This document shows, one piece after another, positions 11,952-25,058 of a stretch of DNA of 64,000 nt. Under the pieces are notes generated by a model. It saw only the letters and a list, made by a program, of their open reading frames with translations, had not been told where the DNA came from and made no database searches. The translations under genes and the position numbers were made by a program. How positions within the stretch are numbered: the stretch's first letter is position 1; every line of letters starts with the position of its first letter. This stretch comes from Octopus bimaculoides (lineage: Eukaryota): positions 9,875,387 to 9,939,386 of the forward strand of contig NC_069010.1 in NCBI RefSeq assembly GCF_001194135.2, in the 5' to 3' direction.

Positions 11952-12942
11952 GTAGGTATAGACCCTGGCTTGTGCTGTGGCTGGTGCTGATGATAGAGTT
12001 GTGTGCTGTGCTGATGTGTGCAAGGCCCGAGAGATGAACTGTGTAAACAACATTCCGGTGCCTTTTATGAGTAAAACCAGTAGCTAGTGGTTAGCATGTT
12101 GCACTCACAATCACAAGATTGTGTTTTCAATTCCTACACTGGGTGGTGCATTATGGTCTTGAGCAAAGCACTCCATTTCATGTTGTTCTGCGGGTGGGAG
12201 AGTGACAGAATCGTTGGCACGTTGGTAATGATGCTTTACGGTATATCTTCCAGTCTTCTACATTTTCGGTTCAAGTCCTACCTGCCCAGAGAAGGCAATG
12301 GGCAACCACTCCAGTATTCATCTTAGCCATGGAGTACCAAAGTTCCAGTAATCTATTTAATTGAGGCAGGGGAGGGTACAGGCCCGTCCCACGTGGTATT
12401 GAGAGAGTGCTGAAGAAGGTTCACATGCATAGGATATGCCCAAGGGCAGACCACCACCGGACTAGATAGGGAGGGGTGGACTTTTATCTCTGGTGTGATG
12501 GCCATGTGGTGTGGGGTAGGAATGGAGTGTGGTACCCTGGCTTTAGGATCCGAAAACCAAAGTACCTCATAAAAAAGCTTTGGTATGGGTGCTGGTGCCA
12601 TGTAAAAGGTACCCAGTACACTCTGTAAAGTGGTTGGTGTTAGGAAAGGAATCCAGCAGTAGAAACCATGCCAGTGTGGAAGACAGACGTTAAATGATGA
12701 TGATGATGATGATGATGTTTGTGAACATGTCAATATTATAACTGTGTTGTCTGTTGTGTATTTGTATAATAATACGACTGTGTGGCATAATAATTGTGTA
12801 TTGTGAATATGTGTGTGTGTGTGTGATTTCAATTCAACTATTCAGTGTCTAATCTCTCTTTTTTTTTCTTCTCTCTCTCTTTACATTGTTGCTTTACCAC
12901 CACCACCACCACTAACAACACTGCTGTTGTTGCTGTGTCCAG

Positions 12943-13105
12943 GAGCGCTTGGCCCACCTGAAACGCCAGTGCCAGCCTCACCTGACAGAGGCAGCCAAGA
13001 TGTCTGTGGAGGGTATTTGTGCCAAGATGTACCACGTGTCTTGTGAAACTGTCAAGAAACTCCATGACAAACACTGGGAAATCCTTAAGGAACACGGAAT
13101 AACTG
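12943..13105 (+). CDS. PCIF1: PCIF1 coding exon 6 (ERLAHLKRQCQPHLTEAAKMSVEGICAKMYH...EHGIT)
   Basis: Acceptor gtccag| and donor G|gtaata (phase 1). Matches human DRLEHLRRQC...SVEGICSKIYH. Confidence 0.95.
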
Positions 13106-15033
13106 GTAATATATATATATAATCTCCACATAATTAAATCAATGGCTAACTAGCCCAATTGACTTGCTTCTTCTTGTCTTTGTTTCTCCATTCTCCACAT
13201 GATTATAATTATAAACTGCGGTTTAAACAATAAATTACCTGCCTCTGGATTCCTTCTAACGAAGACGGTACCCACACAAGTAATCTCCAGGTGTGCCTGC
13301 GGATTTAACTATCCCCTGGTTGCTTAGATACTTCAGACTACCCCTCAAATATTGAAGCAATCCTATGATTTACCTATATACATATATATACATATATAGT
13401 CTGCTTGAATCACTGTCTGATATATAGAAATGTTTCCAAGTATTTCTTTTTGTAAATCCAAAACAATAAAGGTCTGTGGTATTATAACAACAAGAACCTG
13501 GCATCAACAAGGGTTCCAGTGAAATTAATGTGCAAATGGCTGAGTACTACACAGGCACTTGTACTCTTAACATATTTGTCAGGGAGATTCAATGTGACAC
13601 GGAACATTACTAAGCTGGCCCTTTGAATTAGAGATGCAACTCATTTTTGCCAGCTGAGTGCTACTGGATCAATGTGGAATATGCTGCTGAGAATCTAACT
13701 CACAACCACTGGGCCATGCGTCTTCATGGATGCGAAATGATGATTCTATTTCCGTTCTGCTGAACAGTTTTTAGATGCCAAATTGCATCAAACCGCCTTT
13801 GATTCTGTGAAACAGGCATCTGATTTTTAAGGTTATTTAAATTAAAATCTTCCATCTAAAATCTCATCTTATGTTCCAAACTTGGGACTTTAATGACAAA
13901 GATATTTTAATTTTACCAAATTCTTCATTATTTTCAAAATTAATGAAACAAAAGCAGTGTTTCAACAGAAATGTGGTCCCAAAGGGTTAAAGGTTTAAAT
14001 GAAATATAGTCCCAAAGGGTTAAATAAAATATAGTCCTAAATTTATCAATTTGTGAATTTGTTGCTTTGAAATTATATTTTATCAAAACGATAATTTGTA
14101 GGGATAGGGGACAAATGACGGGAGTCGAAACTCACAGCAAATCATTTCAGAAGGTAAACTTCAGAGTTGCCTCCCTTGAACCACACCCGCTTTGCAAGAT
14201 TCAAGAGCTGTGAGCGGCAGACGGACAGCTTTGGTTTTATTTATCTCGAAATAAAATGGTGTAATAACCTTTTTGAAAGACACCCATCTATTCTTTTAAG
14301 CTTTCTTTCCCTTTTTATTTGTGCTTGTGTGGAAAATATCCCGTATTTTCCTCTGTGTGAATGTGTGTGTGTCTGCCTTGGTCACGATAGGACGGCCATC
14401 ATATAAATATAGACGCATGTAATACAATTTTTCTGAATTATCAGATTTTGTTTTTTATATGCTAGACAACTGGTTTTAAATTGAATTTAATATTCAATTT
14501 ATCCCCCTCAGTGTATAAATATAAATTTTAAATAGTTATGTTCTCTAGCTGGCAACATCTACTGCAGTGAATTTATACTCTGCAGAACTGTTTCCGCAAT
14601 CTTGCGNNNNNNNNNNNNNNNNNNNNNNNNNNNNNNNNNNNNNNNNNNNNNNNNNNNNNNNNNNNNNNNNNNNNNNNNNNNNNNNNNNNNNNNNNNNNNN
14701 NNNNNNNNNNNNNNNNNNNNNNNNNNNNNNNNNNNNNNNNNNNNNNNNNNNNNNNNNNNNNNNNNNNNNNNNNNNNNNNNNNNNNNNNNNNNNNNNNNNN
14801 NNNNNNNNNNNNNNNNNNNNNNNNNNNNNNNNNNNNNNNNNNNNNNNNNNNNNGTAGAACATGATCTTTTTTTTGTGTTTGACTCGTTGATGACCTCTTT
14901 TTAGCATATCGGATGACCACTTAGTGGTCATCCTTTCTTATACGCATGTAATGCAATTTTTGTGCTAGATCACTTGGTTTTAAATTGAAATTAATATTCA
15001 ATTGATCACCCTCTGTATATAAATATATATATA

Positions 15034-16157
15034 CCGTAAATCCTCTTGTATAAATCTGCATTTTTTCTCCAATTTCGTTACTTTGAAACGTGTGTGTGTG
15101 TGTGTGTGTGATGTGCGACGATGTGAAGGTTCCAAGCCCTCTCCTCACCCACTCCCCCGTTCGCGATCGCGCATTTTGTTTTTTTCCTTCATATTCGTTC
15201 CCAGCAAGTTGTTTTACACCTGTTACACTAATTTTTCTTTTTAATTTTGTCACCGGGTCAAACACTATAATTCAGAGGCCATGGACTGACGATATGTGAC
15301 GATGTGAATGTTCCGAGTCCGCTCCCCGCCCCCGCCTTTCGTGGGAGCGCATTTTTCTTTTTTTCTTCATATTCGTTCAGAGCAAGTCGTTTTACACCTA
15401 TTAGAATATTTTACTTTTTTTTTTATTTCCCACCGATTCAAACCCTTTAGTTTGACCGAAATCCCTTTTGTGCGTACGATATACGAGGTTAAAAATAAGA
15501 AATATTTCCGAAACCATGTCCCAGTCTCTTGTTTGTTGTCCGGCAATGTTTATTTATTTTGGCGCATTTTGTGTTTTCGGGCGCGAAAATACCTTAAGCT
15601 AAACCTAAAGCAATCAAGTCATAAAAGAATCATCCATATTTTGCAGTAAGCAACATTTATTAGAATAAAAGAGTTGGATATCGTCTGTACTGGATGGTAT
15701 TTAGGATGATGCTGTATGGAAAGATGAAATCAATGAAAGAGAATCTTCTGATGCTGACATGTTTAGGGAGGAACAAATGGAAACAGTTATTTGATGTTGA
15801 ATTTGAAGGGTTTGAATAAATGTTTTGGCTTTTTTTTAACTGATAGGGATAAATATATAAAGGCAATTTACTTAATATTTATTTTTCCCTGACGTTATGA
15901 CTGTTATTTCTTTATTTTCTGCAAACAAAATGAACAAAAAAGCTACACGTTTGCATTATTGTTATATATACAATAATAATAATAAAGGAACTTACCGTAT
16001 ATATGTTTACAAACCAAGGGCGTTATATAGACCTCCTTGACTCAAGTTAGAGAAGGGATGCGTATTATACACAAGGTGTAAATTTTTCAGAGGTACAACC
16101 CGCTAAAAATCTCCTGCTTATTATACTCAAGGGTGGACTATACTCGAGGATTTATGG
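15034..16157 (+). mobile_element. Non-autonomous pogo/Tigger-like DNA transposon
   Basis: TIRs ccgtaaatcctc..gtata / tatactcgaggatttatgg, with TA on both flanks (15032-15033, 16158-16159). An acidic C-terminal remnant lies near 15700-15815. Confidence 0.7.
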
Positions 16158-16361
16158 TATATACATAAATAACAAAGATGTCTAGACGCAATATAAAACC
16201 GAAAAGGAAAAGTTCAATTGTCACAAATAGTAACTGAGGGTGTAGGGTAGCACCTATATTGCTGGAAACAACTATCAAAAACCCTTATAGCCACAAAAAG
16301 ACAGACTGTACTTATAAAGGTATTTGACTCTTGTTTCTAGCAATATAGGCGATCTTACGAT

Positions 16362-16735
16362 ACGTGGCTGTGTGGTAAGTAGCTTGCTTACGAACCACAT
16401 GGTTCCGGGTTCAGTCCCACTGCATGGCACCTTGGGCAAGTGTCTTCTACTATAGCCTCGGGCCAACCAAAGCCTTGTGAATGGATTTGGTAGACGGAAA
16501 CTGAAAGAAGCCCGTCGTATATATGTGTGTGTGTCTGTGTTTGTCCCCCCAACATCGCTTGACAACCGATGCTGGTGTGTTCGCCTCCTCATAATTTAGC
16601 GGTTCGGCAAAAAAAGACCGATAGAATAAGTACTAGGCTTACAAAGAATAAGTCCTAGGGTCGATTTGCTTGACTAAAGGCGGTGCTCCAGCATGGCCGC
16701 AGTCAAATGACTGAAACACGTAAAAGAGTAAAAAA
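16362..16735 (+). mobile_element. tRNA-derived SINE family A; other copies near 18630, 33384, 37790, 39285, 41650, 58478
   Basis: Head cgtggctgtgtggtaag...ggttcagtcccactg (A/B-box-like), then ccttgggcaagtg and gaaactgaaagaagcccgtcg. Confidence 0.85.
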
Positions 16736-16885
16736 AAGAGTATATATATATATATACATATATACACACACGTGTGTGTATTTGTTCTGTGTATTTCTCT
16801 CTGTATTAAAAATGTATGTGTCTCCATAATTTCCATCCAAACCTGTCTCATCTTTTTTTGTCTCTTTCCCACCTCCTCCTGCCAG

Positions 16886-17061
16886 CGGTTGCTTCTGTGT
16901 CATACCCCACCACCAAACACAAGGTCATCTGCTACCCTGTACAGATGTATTACCCGACCCCGAGATTGAGTCAGGTGGAGGTACAGACCGAGAACGATGT
17001 CACAATACTCCGTTACAACAGTGAGAAACAGAAGATAAACACGTCTCACTTTCACAAATTG
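16886..17061 (+). CDS. PCIF1: PCIF1 coding exon 7 (VASVSYPTTKHKVICYPVQ...SHFHKL)
   Basis: Acceptor ctgccag| and donor TTG|gtgagt (phase 0). CYPV motif present. Confidence 0.93.
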
Positions 17062-17494
17062 GTGAGTAAAACCAGTAATACTTCTCTCTCCTCCTCCAGC
17101 TGTGACCATCCCAAAGTACATTACTTTATATGTCTCCTACTATTTTTATAGTTTTAATATAAGGTGGTTGTGTGTGAATTGAGGTAGATTTTACTGCTAT
17201 TTCTAGCAAACTGAGTGACTGTAAAGTGATTCTGTTGTTGAGACAAATGTGTGATAGATGTGTCAGGGTGGAGGTTTGTCTGGTGTGTGTGGGAGAGATA
17301 GTGTTGTTAGGATGGTGTTGTAGTTGTGTTGTGAGGTGCATCATGACTGTGTTGGAGAAATTGTATTGTTTGGATGTGAGTGATGTAATATTCATCACAA
17401 TGATGTTGATGATGATGATGGTAATGATTCCCCCCCCCCCTCCGTTCTCACTGTTTCGTTTGTATTTATATATTTTGTTATTCTTTGTCTCCAG

Positions 17495-17581
17495 GAGCAA
17501 TTGTACCGATTAAACTGTCGCGATGACCCCAAATTCGACTATTTCTTGGCACGATGTTGGTGTCTGCTGCGCCGATATGAG
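17495..17581 (+). CDS. PCIF1: PCIF1 coding exon 8 ([29 protein letters not shown])
   Basis: Acceptor ctccag| and donor GAG|gtaagc (phase 0). WCLLRRY motif present. Confidence 0.96.
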
Positions 17582-17807
17582 GTAAGCTTTGACATGTATC
17601 ACAAGTATCTCTTGCAGCCTCTTAATCGGGAGGTCACGAGTTCCAATCTCTCCCAAATCACTCGTTTTCATGACCACAGGGGGATTAGAAGAGTTGTTAG
17701 AGCATTGATCAAATACTTTACAATATTTCTTCCTATTCTTTACACCTTTCTCCAGACCCAACAACAGCCACATTTCTCTAATGTTTACGGTTCCTTCTCT
17801 TCCACAG

Positions 17808-17992
17808 ACGTATTTTGGAATCCAGCCAAGGGAAGGGTTCGAGACACAAGCAGCATTACCGATCAGTGTTTTTCAGTGTTTGAACCAGAGTTTTGGCGTT
17901 ACCTGCGAGTGTTTTGCCTCACCACTCAACTGCTACTTCCGTCAGTATTGTTCGGCTTTTTCTGACACAGACTGTCACTTTGGCTCTCGAGG
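17808..17992 (+). CDS. PCIF1: PCIF1 coding exon 9, MTase domain (TYFGIQ...[28 protein letters not shown])
   Basis: Acceptor ccacag| and donor GG|gtaagg (phase 2). Contains the SAM-binding region ECFASPLN. Confidence 0.97.
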
Positions 17993-18835
17993 GTAAGGAA
18001 CAGCATCACTTTTTATTTAACATATTATTATTATTATTATTATTATTAAGGCAGTGAGCTGGCAGAATCATCAGTGTGCTGGACAAAATGCTTAGTGGTA
18101 TTTCGCCCGTCACCATGTTCTGAGTTCAAATTCCACCACGTTCAGTAAACTAACTACTAGTTAGTTTATCTTTATAAATTTTCTATAGAATTCAGAGCCA
18201 GCCCTACAAGTTATGCCATCTATGTAAACAATGCAATTGAACAGGAAAAACAGGTTACAAAATCAGAGGTACTGATGAAAGAGCAAGTACTCCTGAGATA
18301 TACATATACACCCATTACTTTTTTCTATCTTTGATCACATTGTTTACATAGACATATTCATTTATGAACATCGTAACTTTCAGTGCTGACTCTAGATTCT
18401 ATAGGCAACCTATAGACATAGACTTAAAATAGAAACAACACACAACTAACACAAAAGTAAGATACAGTGTTGACTTGGTAAGCTTGTTATGGTTTCAAAA
18501 CAGTGTTCTTGCTAGCATTATTGTATATGTGTGTGTGTGTATGGTATCTGTATATGTGAGGGTAATAACATTTTGTTAACAACACTGTGTGTGTGTGAAG
18601 GTAACAATATAACCTTCTATTTGTTATTGTGTGTGGTTAAAAGCTTGTCTCCCAACCACATGGTTCTGGGTTCAGTCTCACTGCAAGACACCTTAGGCAA
18701 GCGTCTTCTACTATAGCCCCAGGACAACCAATGCCTCGTGAGTGGATCTGGGAGACAGAAACTAAAAGAAGCTTGTTGTGAATGTTTATATATATATATA
18801 TAATATATATGTTTGTATGTATGTATGTATGTATG

Positions 18836-18890
<55 letters not shown>

Positions 18891-18912
18891 CTGTGCATTT
18901 TCTCTCTTTCAG

Positions 18913-19006
18913 CTCAATCCTTCAGTTCCATCCATTAAGTGGCTCATTCGAAGCCAACCCCCCCTTCTGTGATGAATTGATGGAGGCTATGATTGATCAT
19001 TTTGAG
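18913..19006 (+). CDS. PCIF1: PCIF1 coding exon 10, catalytic NPPF motif ([31 protein letters not shown])
   Basis: Acceptor ctttcag| and donor GAG|gtaggt (phase 0). NPPF is at 18956-18967. Confidence 0.97.
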
Positions 19007-20493
19007 GTAGGTTATCTACTCTTTCATTATAACCCCTTCTTAGACACCTCCACTAACCAGTCCCCACTAGCCCTACTATGTTCAGCTGACATCGTCAACC
19101 CTTAACTATACTCGCTTTTGTCTCAGTTAACCCTTCAACTGCAAAATCAAATTTCACGGTCATTTCAGTTGCGATGTTAAATGTTTACCAAAGACATAGA
19201 ATTGCTATTTTCTGCAAGTCACTTTGCCTCAATAAATTGAAATACCTTGTTTCAGGTGGGTGGACTGGTGGGATTGTTGCATGAGATGTCTTGTAGTTTC
19301 AGCTCATGGCATTCTGAGTTCAAATCCTGTTGTGGCCTACTTGGGTTGCCTGCTCTAACAGCCTCACCTGTCACTTTGGTCTGAGCCCAACCCTCTCCTG
19401 CCCTCCCATTAATCACCAAGGTCCTTAAAGTGTGATAGACATTACCCCTTCCTCATCATGAAAATGCTTGTTCAACAAAGCAGCCCTGATATGATTTGTA
19501 AATATTGTCTTGCTATTTTCACTCTGGGCTTGTGTTCTTGTGTTCACTTCATCATCATCATTGTCGTTTAACGTCCCTTTCCATGCTGGCATGGGTTGGA
19601 CGACTTGACTGAGGACTGGTGAAACCGGATGGCAACACCAGGCTCCAATCTAAATCTGGCAGAGTTTCTACAGCTGGATGCCCTTCCTAACGCCAACCAC
19701 TCAGAGAGTGTAGTGGGTGCTTTTACGTGTCACCTGCACGAAGGCCAGTCAGGTGATACTGGCAACGGCCACGCTCGAAATGGTGTCTTTTATGTGCCAC
19801 CCGCACAAGAGCCAGTCCAGGGGCACTGGCAACGATCTCGCTCGAAAATCCTACGGAGGCCAGTCAGGCAGTACTGGCAACGGCCATAAGTAATAATAAT
19901 AATAAATGCCCTGNNNNNNNNNNNNNNNNNNNNNNNNNNNNNNNNNNNNNNNNNNNNNNNATTGTTTTGTCTTGGTATAAAAGATGGCCTACAGCAAATA
20001 TTCTGCTCAATACCACAGATTTGCTTGTCAGTTGTCTGACCGTAACCAGTTGAGCATGTCCCTTGGTGGCTGATGATATGTGCATCTCTGATCACAAGCA
20101 GAAGTAGTGGGGGAGCATCATAGCCATGTGCTGAGAGGAATTCTTTGGGGTTTGGATAATTCACCTTTGGAAACATGGGTGTTTTGCTCAACGTCCTTAA
20201 ACAAACCTTTATTCAGGGACCTTTTGAGCGGGATGGGCTACTCAACCTGAAAAAAATTCGAACTGTGCCCCACCCCCTGCAAGGCCATGTGCTGTTTATC
20301 TTGATATGAGATCACCATGTCACGCATACGGTTGTGATGCATGTGCCTGGTAGACCCTTATCAGATGGGCGGTCATGATAGGTATATTAGGCTTCATATA
20401 TTTGTACCCCAGCATCACTTTAATAGCATGTGCTGCCCTTTCATTCAATAATAATAATAATAATAATGTTTTTCCTTTTTCTTTGTCTTGTAG

Positions 20494-20594
20494 AATTTAC
20501 TGTCGGAATCAAGTGAACCATTGTCTTTCATTGTTTTTGTTCCTGAATGTAAAGATTCCCCAATTCAGTCACTGATGCGACTGGAAAACAGCAA
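20494..20594 (+). CDS. PCIF1: PCIF1 coding exon 11 (NLLSESSEPLSFIVFVPECKDSPIQSLMRLENS)
   Basis: Acceptor ttgtag| and donor AA|gtaagt (phase 2). EPLSFIVF motif present. Confidence 0.95.
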
Positions 20595-21289
20595 GTAAGT
20601 GAATCTTTACTTTTTTTAAATGCTGTTTTTTAACCCTGGGCCAGGTTCAGTCCAGATATGCCTATGATCCAAGAGGCTCCATCTGCGACTGTTCTGTCTT
20701 TCTGTCTTTTATTCAGACAAAGTGTATCAAGGACTACATTATCTAATGTATCCTTTCTAGTTGTTTAGCCCCAGGTCAGTCTTCATCCTAACAGAACTAT
20801 GATCAAAGCTGCTCCAACTGTGACCATCCTGTCTTCTATTCACTAGAAATGTACCTAAGAGTACACTCTCTAATGTGTCCTTCCTTGTTATTTAGCCCCA
20901 GGTCATTCTGATCCTGTACACCTATGATCCTGGATGCTCCAACTGTGACCATCCTTTTTCATTCTGCCATAGTGTATCTAGGACTACATTATCTGGTGTA
21001 TCCTTAGGTGGACGTAAAGTGTTGCTGGGTCAACTCATATTAAAGGGAATACAGAAGAATTGGGATATTCGTGTTCTGGGAGTGAAGCAAACCCTTAATA
21101 AGGGGCCACAATAGGGGGCAGCTTGGACAGAAAGTTAATCTTTTTGATATAAAGTAAAACTAGTTGGATTAAGACCCTCTTGAGTGCAGCTGAGACAGGT
21201 TGGGCCTGCACTTATGCTGCCACTCAAACCACTGCTCATCTCATGTCTCCACTCAGGCATTCACTCTACTTACATGTCTACTTTTTTCA

Positions 21290-21430
21290 CATCTCTAATT
21301 TCACCTCCACTCATGCTACTACTCTCACCTCCACTCATGCTGCCACTCTCACCTCTGCTCATGCTGCCTTTTTCCCTCCACTCATGCTGCCACTCTCCCT
21401 CCACTCATGCTGCTATTCTTCTCTCATGCT
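21290..21430. repeat. Minisatellite with a ~24-bp unit (cactcatgctgccactctcacctc), about six degenerate copies
   Basis: ctcatgctg/ctcatgcta recurs directly upstream of the exon 12 acceptor. Confidence 0.75.
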
Positions 21431-21453
21431 CTCTGTTACACTCTTCTCCACAG

Positions 21454-21528
21454 GTTCAAGCAGAAGTCGGTAGTGTTAGTTGCCAAGCAACATGAGTACA
21501 GACATGGCTTCCAGCACAAGTGCTCTAA
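21454..21528 (+). CDS. PCIF1: PCIF1 coding exon 12 (FKQKSVVLVAKQHEYRHGFQHKCS)
   Basis: Acceptor ccacag| and donor AA|gtaggt (phase 2). HEYRxGxQH motif present. Confidence 0.93.
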
Positions 21529-23422
21529 GTAGGTGGTCTCTTTCATTCATTTCATTTGGTGTGGAGAGAGAAAGCGGGAGAGCGAGCGAGCTGTGTGTGG
21601 TATGGAAAGATGTGTCACTGTGTAGAGGCATGGCTGTGTGAGTGTTTTATGTAGCTGTGTCTGTAGAGAGGTTTGTTTCGTTCTTTTCTCTTGCTGTCTC
21701 CATCATGTATATGTATACACACACATACACACACACATATTTATATATGTATAAAATATAAAGAGTAAAGACCCCCTTCGGTCATGAATGACCATGGGGT
21801 TGCACCTAAAAAGTTCCCCTCTGAGGCACAAGTCAGGGCAAGGTTGTTTATGGAAGACCATCAATGAACCATGCATACCAATGTTCCCTCTCCATGTCCA
21901 CCAGTATTATTCGAAGGTAGGCCAAAGGCCGATGCAGTTTGGCACCAGTGACATTGCAACTCATTTCTACAGCTGAGTGAACCGGAACTACGTGAAACGT
22001 GTATGTGTATGTGTGTCTATAATGTTCCAGAAATTTAGCAGAAACACAACAAACGGAAAATTCGTGGCTGATTCCTCCTCAGTCACCATCCAGAAGATCG
22101 AAACAATTTTGTGCCTTCAACATTGATATTGTTCAATTGCGTGGTGGCGTCAGTGGTGGGAAGCCACTGGGATTAACTAATGAACTTACAAGACAATGAT
22201 GAAAACAAACATGGCAAAATGAAATTATTGAGTATATACAACGGAAAATACACACACACACACACACACACATGTATAAATAAATGTTTGATTTTATTGA
22301 GAAATATATGTGTAATCATGTAAGTGGCACCTCTGCCACAAGCACACAAAAGCATGATGATGAGGATGATGATGATGATCCATTCCAAATCTGATTGGAG
22401 TCTGGTGCAGCCTTCCAGCTTTCCAGCCCTGGTCAAACCATCCGACACATGCCAGAATGGACAACAGACGCTAAATGATGATGATGATGATGATGATGGT
22501 GATAATTCTTGTACAAGAATAATGTTGAGAGTGACTTTGAAGCTGCCTGACAGCAGGCCAATACTTTGAAGTCACTGTCAACACTATTCTTGTATAAAAG
22601 TATAGCAAATATGCACTTCTACAAACGGTATTGAGCAGTCCTTCAGTTGAATGGAAAATTCTTTCTTTATATAACTCTACATAAAAGCAAACATTGATAT
22701 CTGCATATGTGTGTCGCAGGCTCGGAGGTGTTGGCGCCATGTAAAAAGCACCCCATACCAGTGCAGCATAAAAAGCACCCAGCAAACTCTGTGAAGTGGT
22801 TGGCATTTAGGAAGGGCATCCATCCATAGAAACCATGTCGGAGAGCCTGAACAGCCCTTCAGCTGGTCAGCTCCTGTCAAACCTTCTAACGCATGCCAGC
22901 ATGGAAAACAGATGTTAAATGAGGAGGATGATATTTATCAGGGTGACAAGGACCATTTAGCCATCCTTAAACATGACTGATGACTTGTGCAGTGACTTTG
23001 TTTTAAACAGTGGAGTTGCACATCATTGATCGTACGTCCATGATTATCTTGGTTCTAGTGACAAGCAAAGGTGAGGATAGAGAAGATGGAGGCAGTGAGC
23101 GACCGAGACGCCTTACCTGTTAAATCCTCAATGTTTCTTCTGCAAAGTCCACAGAATCCAATCTTGATATTCATCGGTAAGGGAGCCCTAGTTTGCTAAT
23201 TAAACCATAGCAGAACAGAGTAACCTGGAAACAAAAGGGGCTAGGAAGTGGTCCCACACTTCTCAAAACCCTTGAACTTTCAAACCAGGACCCTACTACC
23301 AAACACAATTTAAAATCACACCCAGGACAAAATACAGACACACACACACACACACATACACACAGAACCACACACACGCACACATTCATGTATGTCAATT
23401 TGTTTTTTACTTTCTCCTTCAG

Positions 23423-23561
23423 AGAAGACCTCAATGTGAAGGCAGCCCATGGGACGATGGTAGTGTTTCTGCAGAACGAGGCGGGAGCCAGCCAGTGGGG
23501 GCCAACCCCTGACAGAGTCAAGGAGCTAATTCAGGCAGCCAGCTTGACGGCCACCACTTAA
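23423..23561 (+). CDS. PCIF1: PCIF1 terminal coding exon 13 (EDLNVKAAHGTMVVFLQNEAGASQWGPTPDRVKELIQAASLTATT*)
   Basis: Acceptor ccttcag|. Matches human KAVHNTAVLFLQND...WAPTPER. TAA at 23559-23561. The exon lengths sum to 2880 nt, or 959 aa plus stop. Confidence 0.94.
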
Positions 23562-23677
23562 GAGACTCCTTTTAGTGGTGATGGTCATATTTTGGTATGA
23601 CGTGGTTTGGTGGTCATGTGGTTTTATTATATATACACACACATGTATAAATGTACGTGTGTGTTTGTGTATGTAGG

Positions 23678-23728
<51 letters not shown>

Positions 23729-24523
23729 AGATTTATGTATATAAATATATAATACTCACAAGCACACACATACATGTATAATATGCATATGTATATCACT
23801 CTCTCTCTCTCTCTATATATATATATGTGNNNNNNNNNNNNNNNNNNNNNNNNNNNNNNNNNNNNNNNNNNNNNNNNNNNNNNNNNNNNNNNNNNNNNNN
23901 NNNNNNNNNNNNNNNNNNNNNNNNNNNNNNNNNNNNNNNNNNNNNNNNNNNNNNNNNNNNNNNNNNNNNNNNNNNNNNNNNNNNNNNNNNNNNNNNNNNN
24001 NNNNNNNNNNNNNNNNNNNNNNNNNNNNNNNNNNNNNNNNNNNNNNNNNNNNNNNNNNNNNNNNNNNNNNNNNNNNNNNNNNNNNNNNNNNNNNNNNNNN
24101 NNNNNNNNNNNNNNNNNNNNNNNNNNNNNNNNNNNNNNNNNNNNNNNNNNNNNNNCTGTAATCCAAGAACAAAAATTTTGAATGCAGACTTACAAGGAAG
24201 GAAAATAAGAAAATTAGGACCCCCCTCCCAAAGTCAACTAAAAACAAAGGCAATAATTGCAGTGACCACCACATCAGAATCTAGATGTTTTTTTTAAAAA
24301 TTTTAATTTGATAATTTTAATGATGTGTGGGTAAAAACACCACCACAGACTCTGTGTGTGTGTGTGTTTAGCAATGGGAGAATGTTCTTCAGTTTCTTGT
24401 GGATCAACCACATCCTTGGTTTGTTTATGGATGTCGAATGTTTGTGTTGCACTTAAGTTCTTTCCCTTTAACCGAATCAACATTCGGCTGTGAAGGTGCA
24501 CAAGTGTGCCCCACAAGGGGGTG

Positions 24524-24706
24524 TCAAAACGATCACAGAGCAACGTGAGATGATGTGTTTTGCTGAAGAAGTCAACACACCACCCAGTCCGGGAATCGAA
24601 ATCGCGATCTCCTGATTGTCAGTGCGACAGCCTAACCATTTGGGCCATGCACCTTCACAACCACACGTATCCAGATGCATGGGTCTGTAGATATACATTT
24701 GGAAGC
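24524..24706. repeat. 183-bp direct duplication, second copy at 25511-25693
   Basis: Near-identical from tcaaaa.gatcacagagc to atatacatttggaagc. Includes a minus-strand SINE head plus its flank. Confidence 0.9.
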
Positions 24707-25058
24707 AATATTTTTGTATTTTTACTGCTAACAGAACTAACTCTGAGTCGTTGTAGAGGCGTTGATGTTTCACTGCTACCGTGGCAACCAACATTATTTC
24801 TTATTTGACTCACCTCTAAGTTTATCTCTGTGGATTTTCCATACAGTTCACAGCCCACACTGCAAGTCACAATGCTTCATATACGAAGGCATCTATGTAA
24901 AGATAAAAGGAAAGAGTATTGGGTGTATATACACATTTCAGGATTATTGCTCTTTCATTAGCACCACATGCAGCCAGTTAACTCCCCACGAAGCGGAGAC
25001 TCCAACAAGATAACATCTCCAGGTGGTTTGAATGTTCTGGTCTCTAATATCTAAGAGG

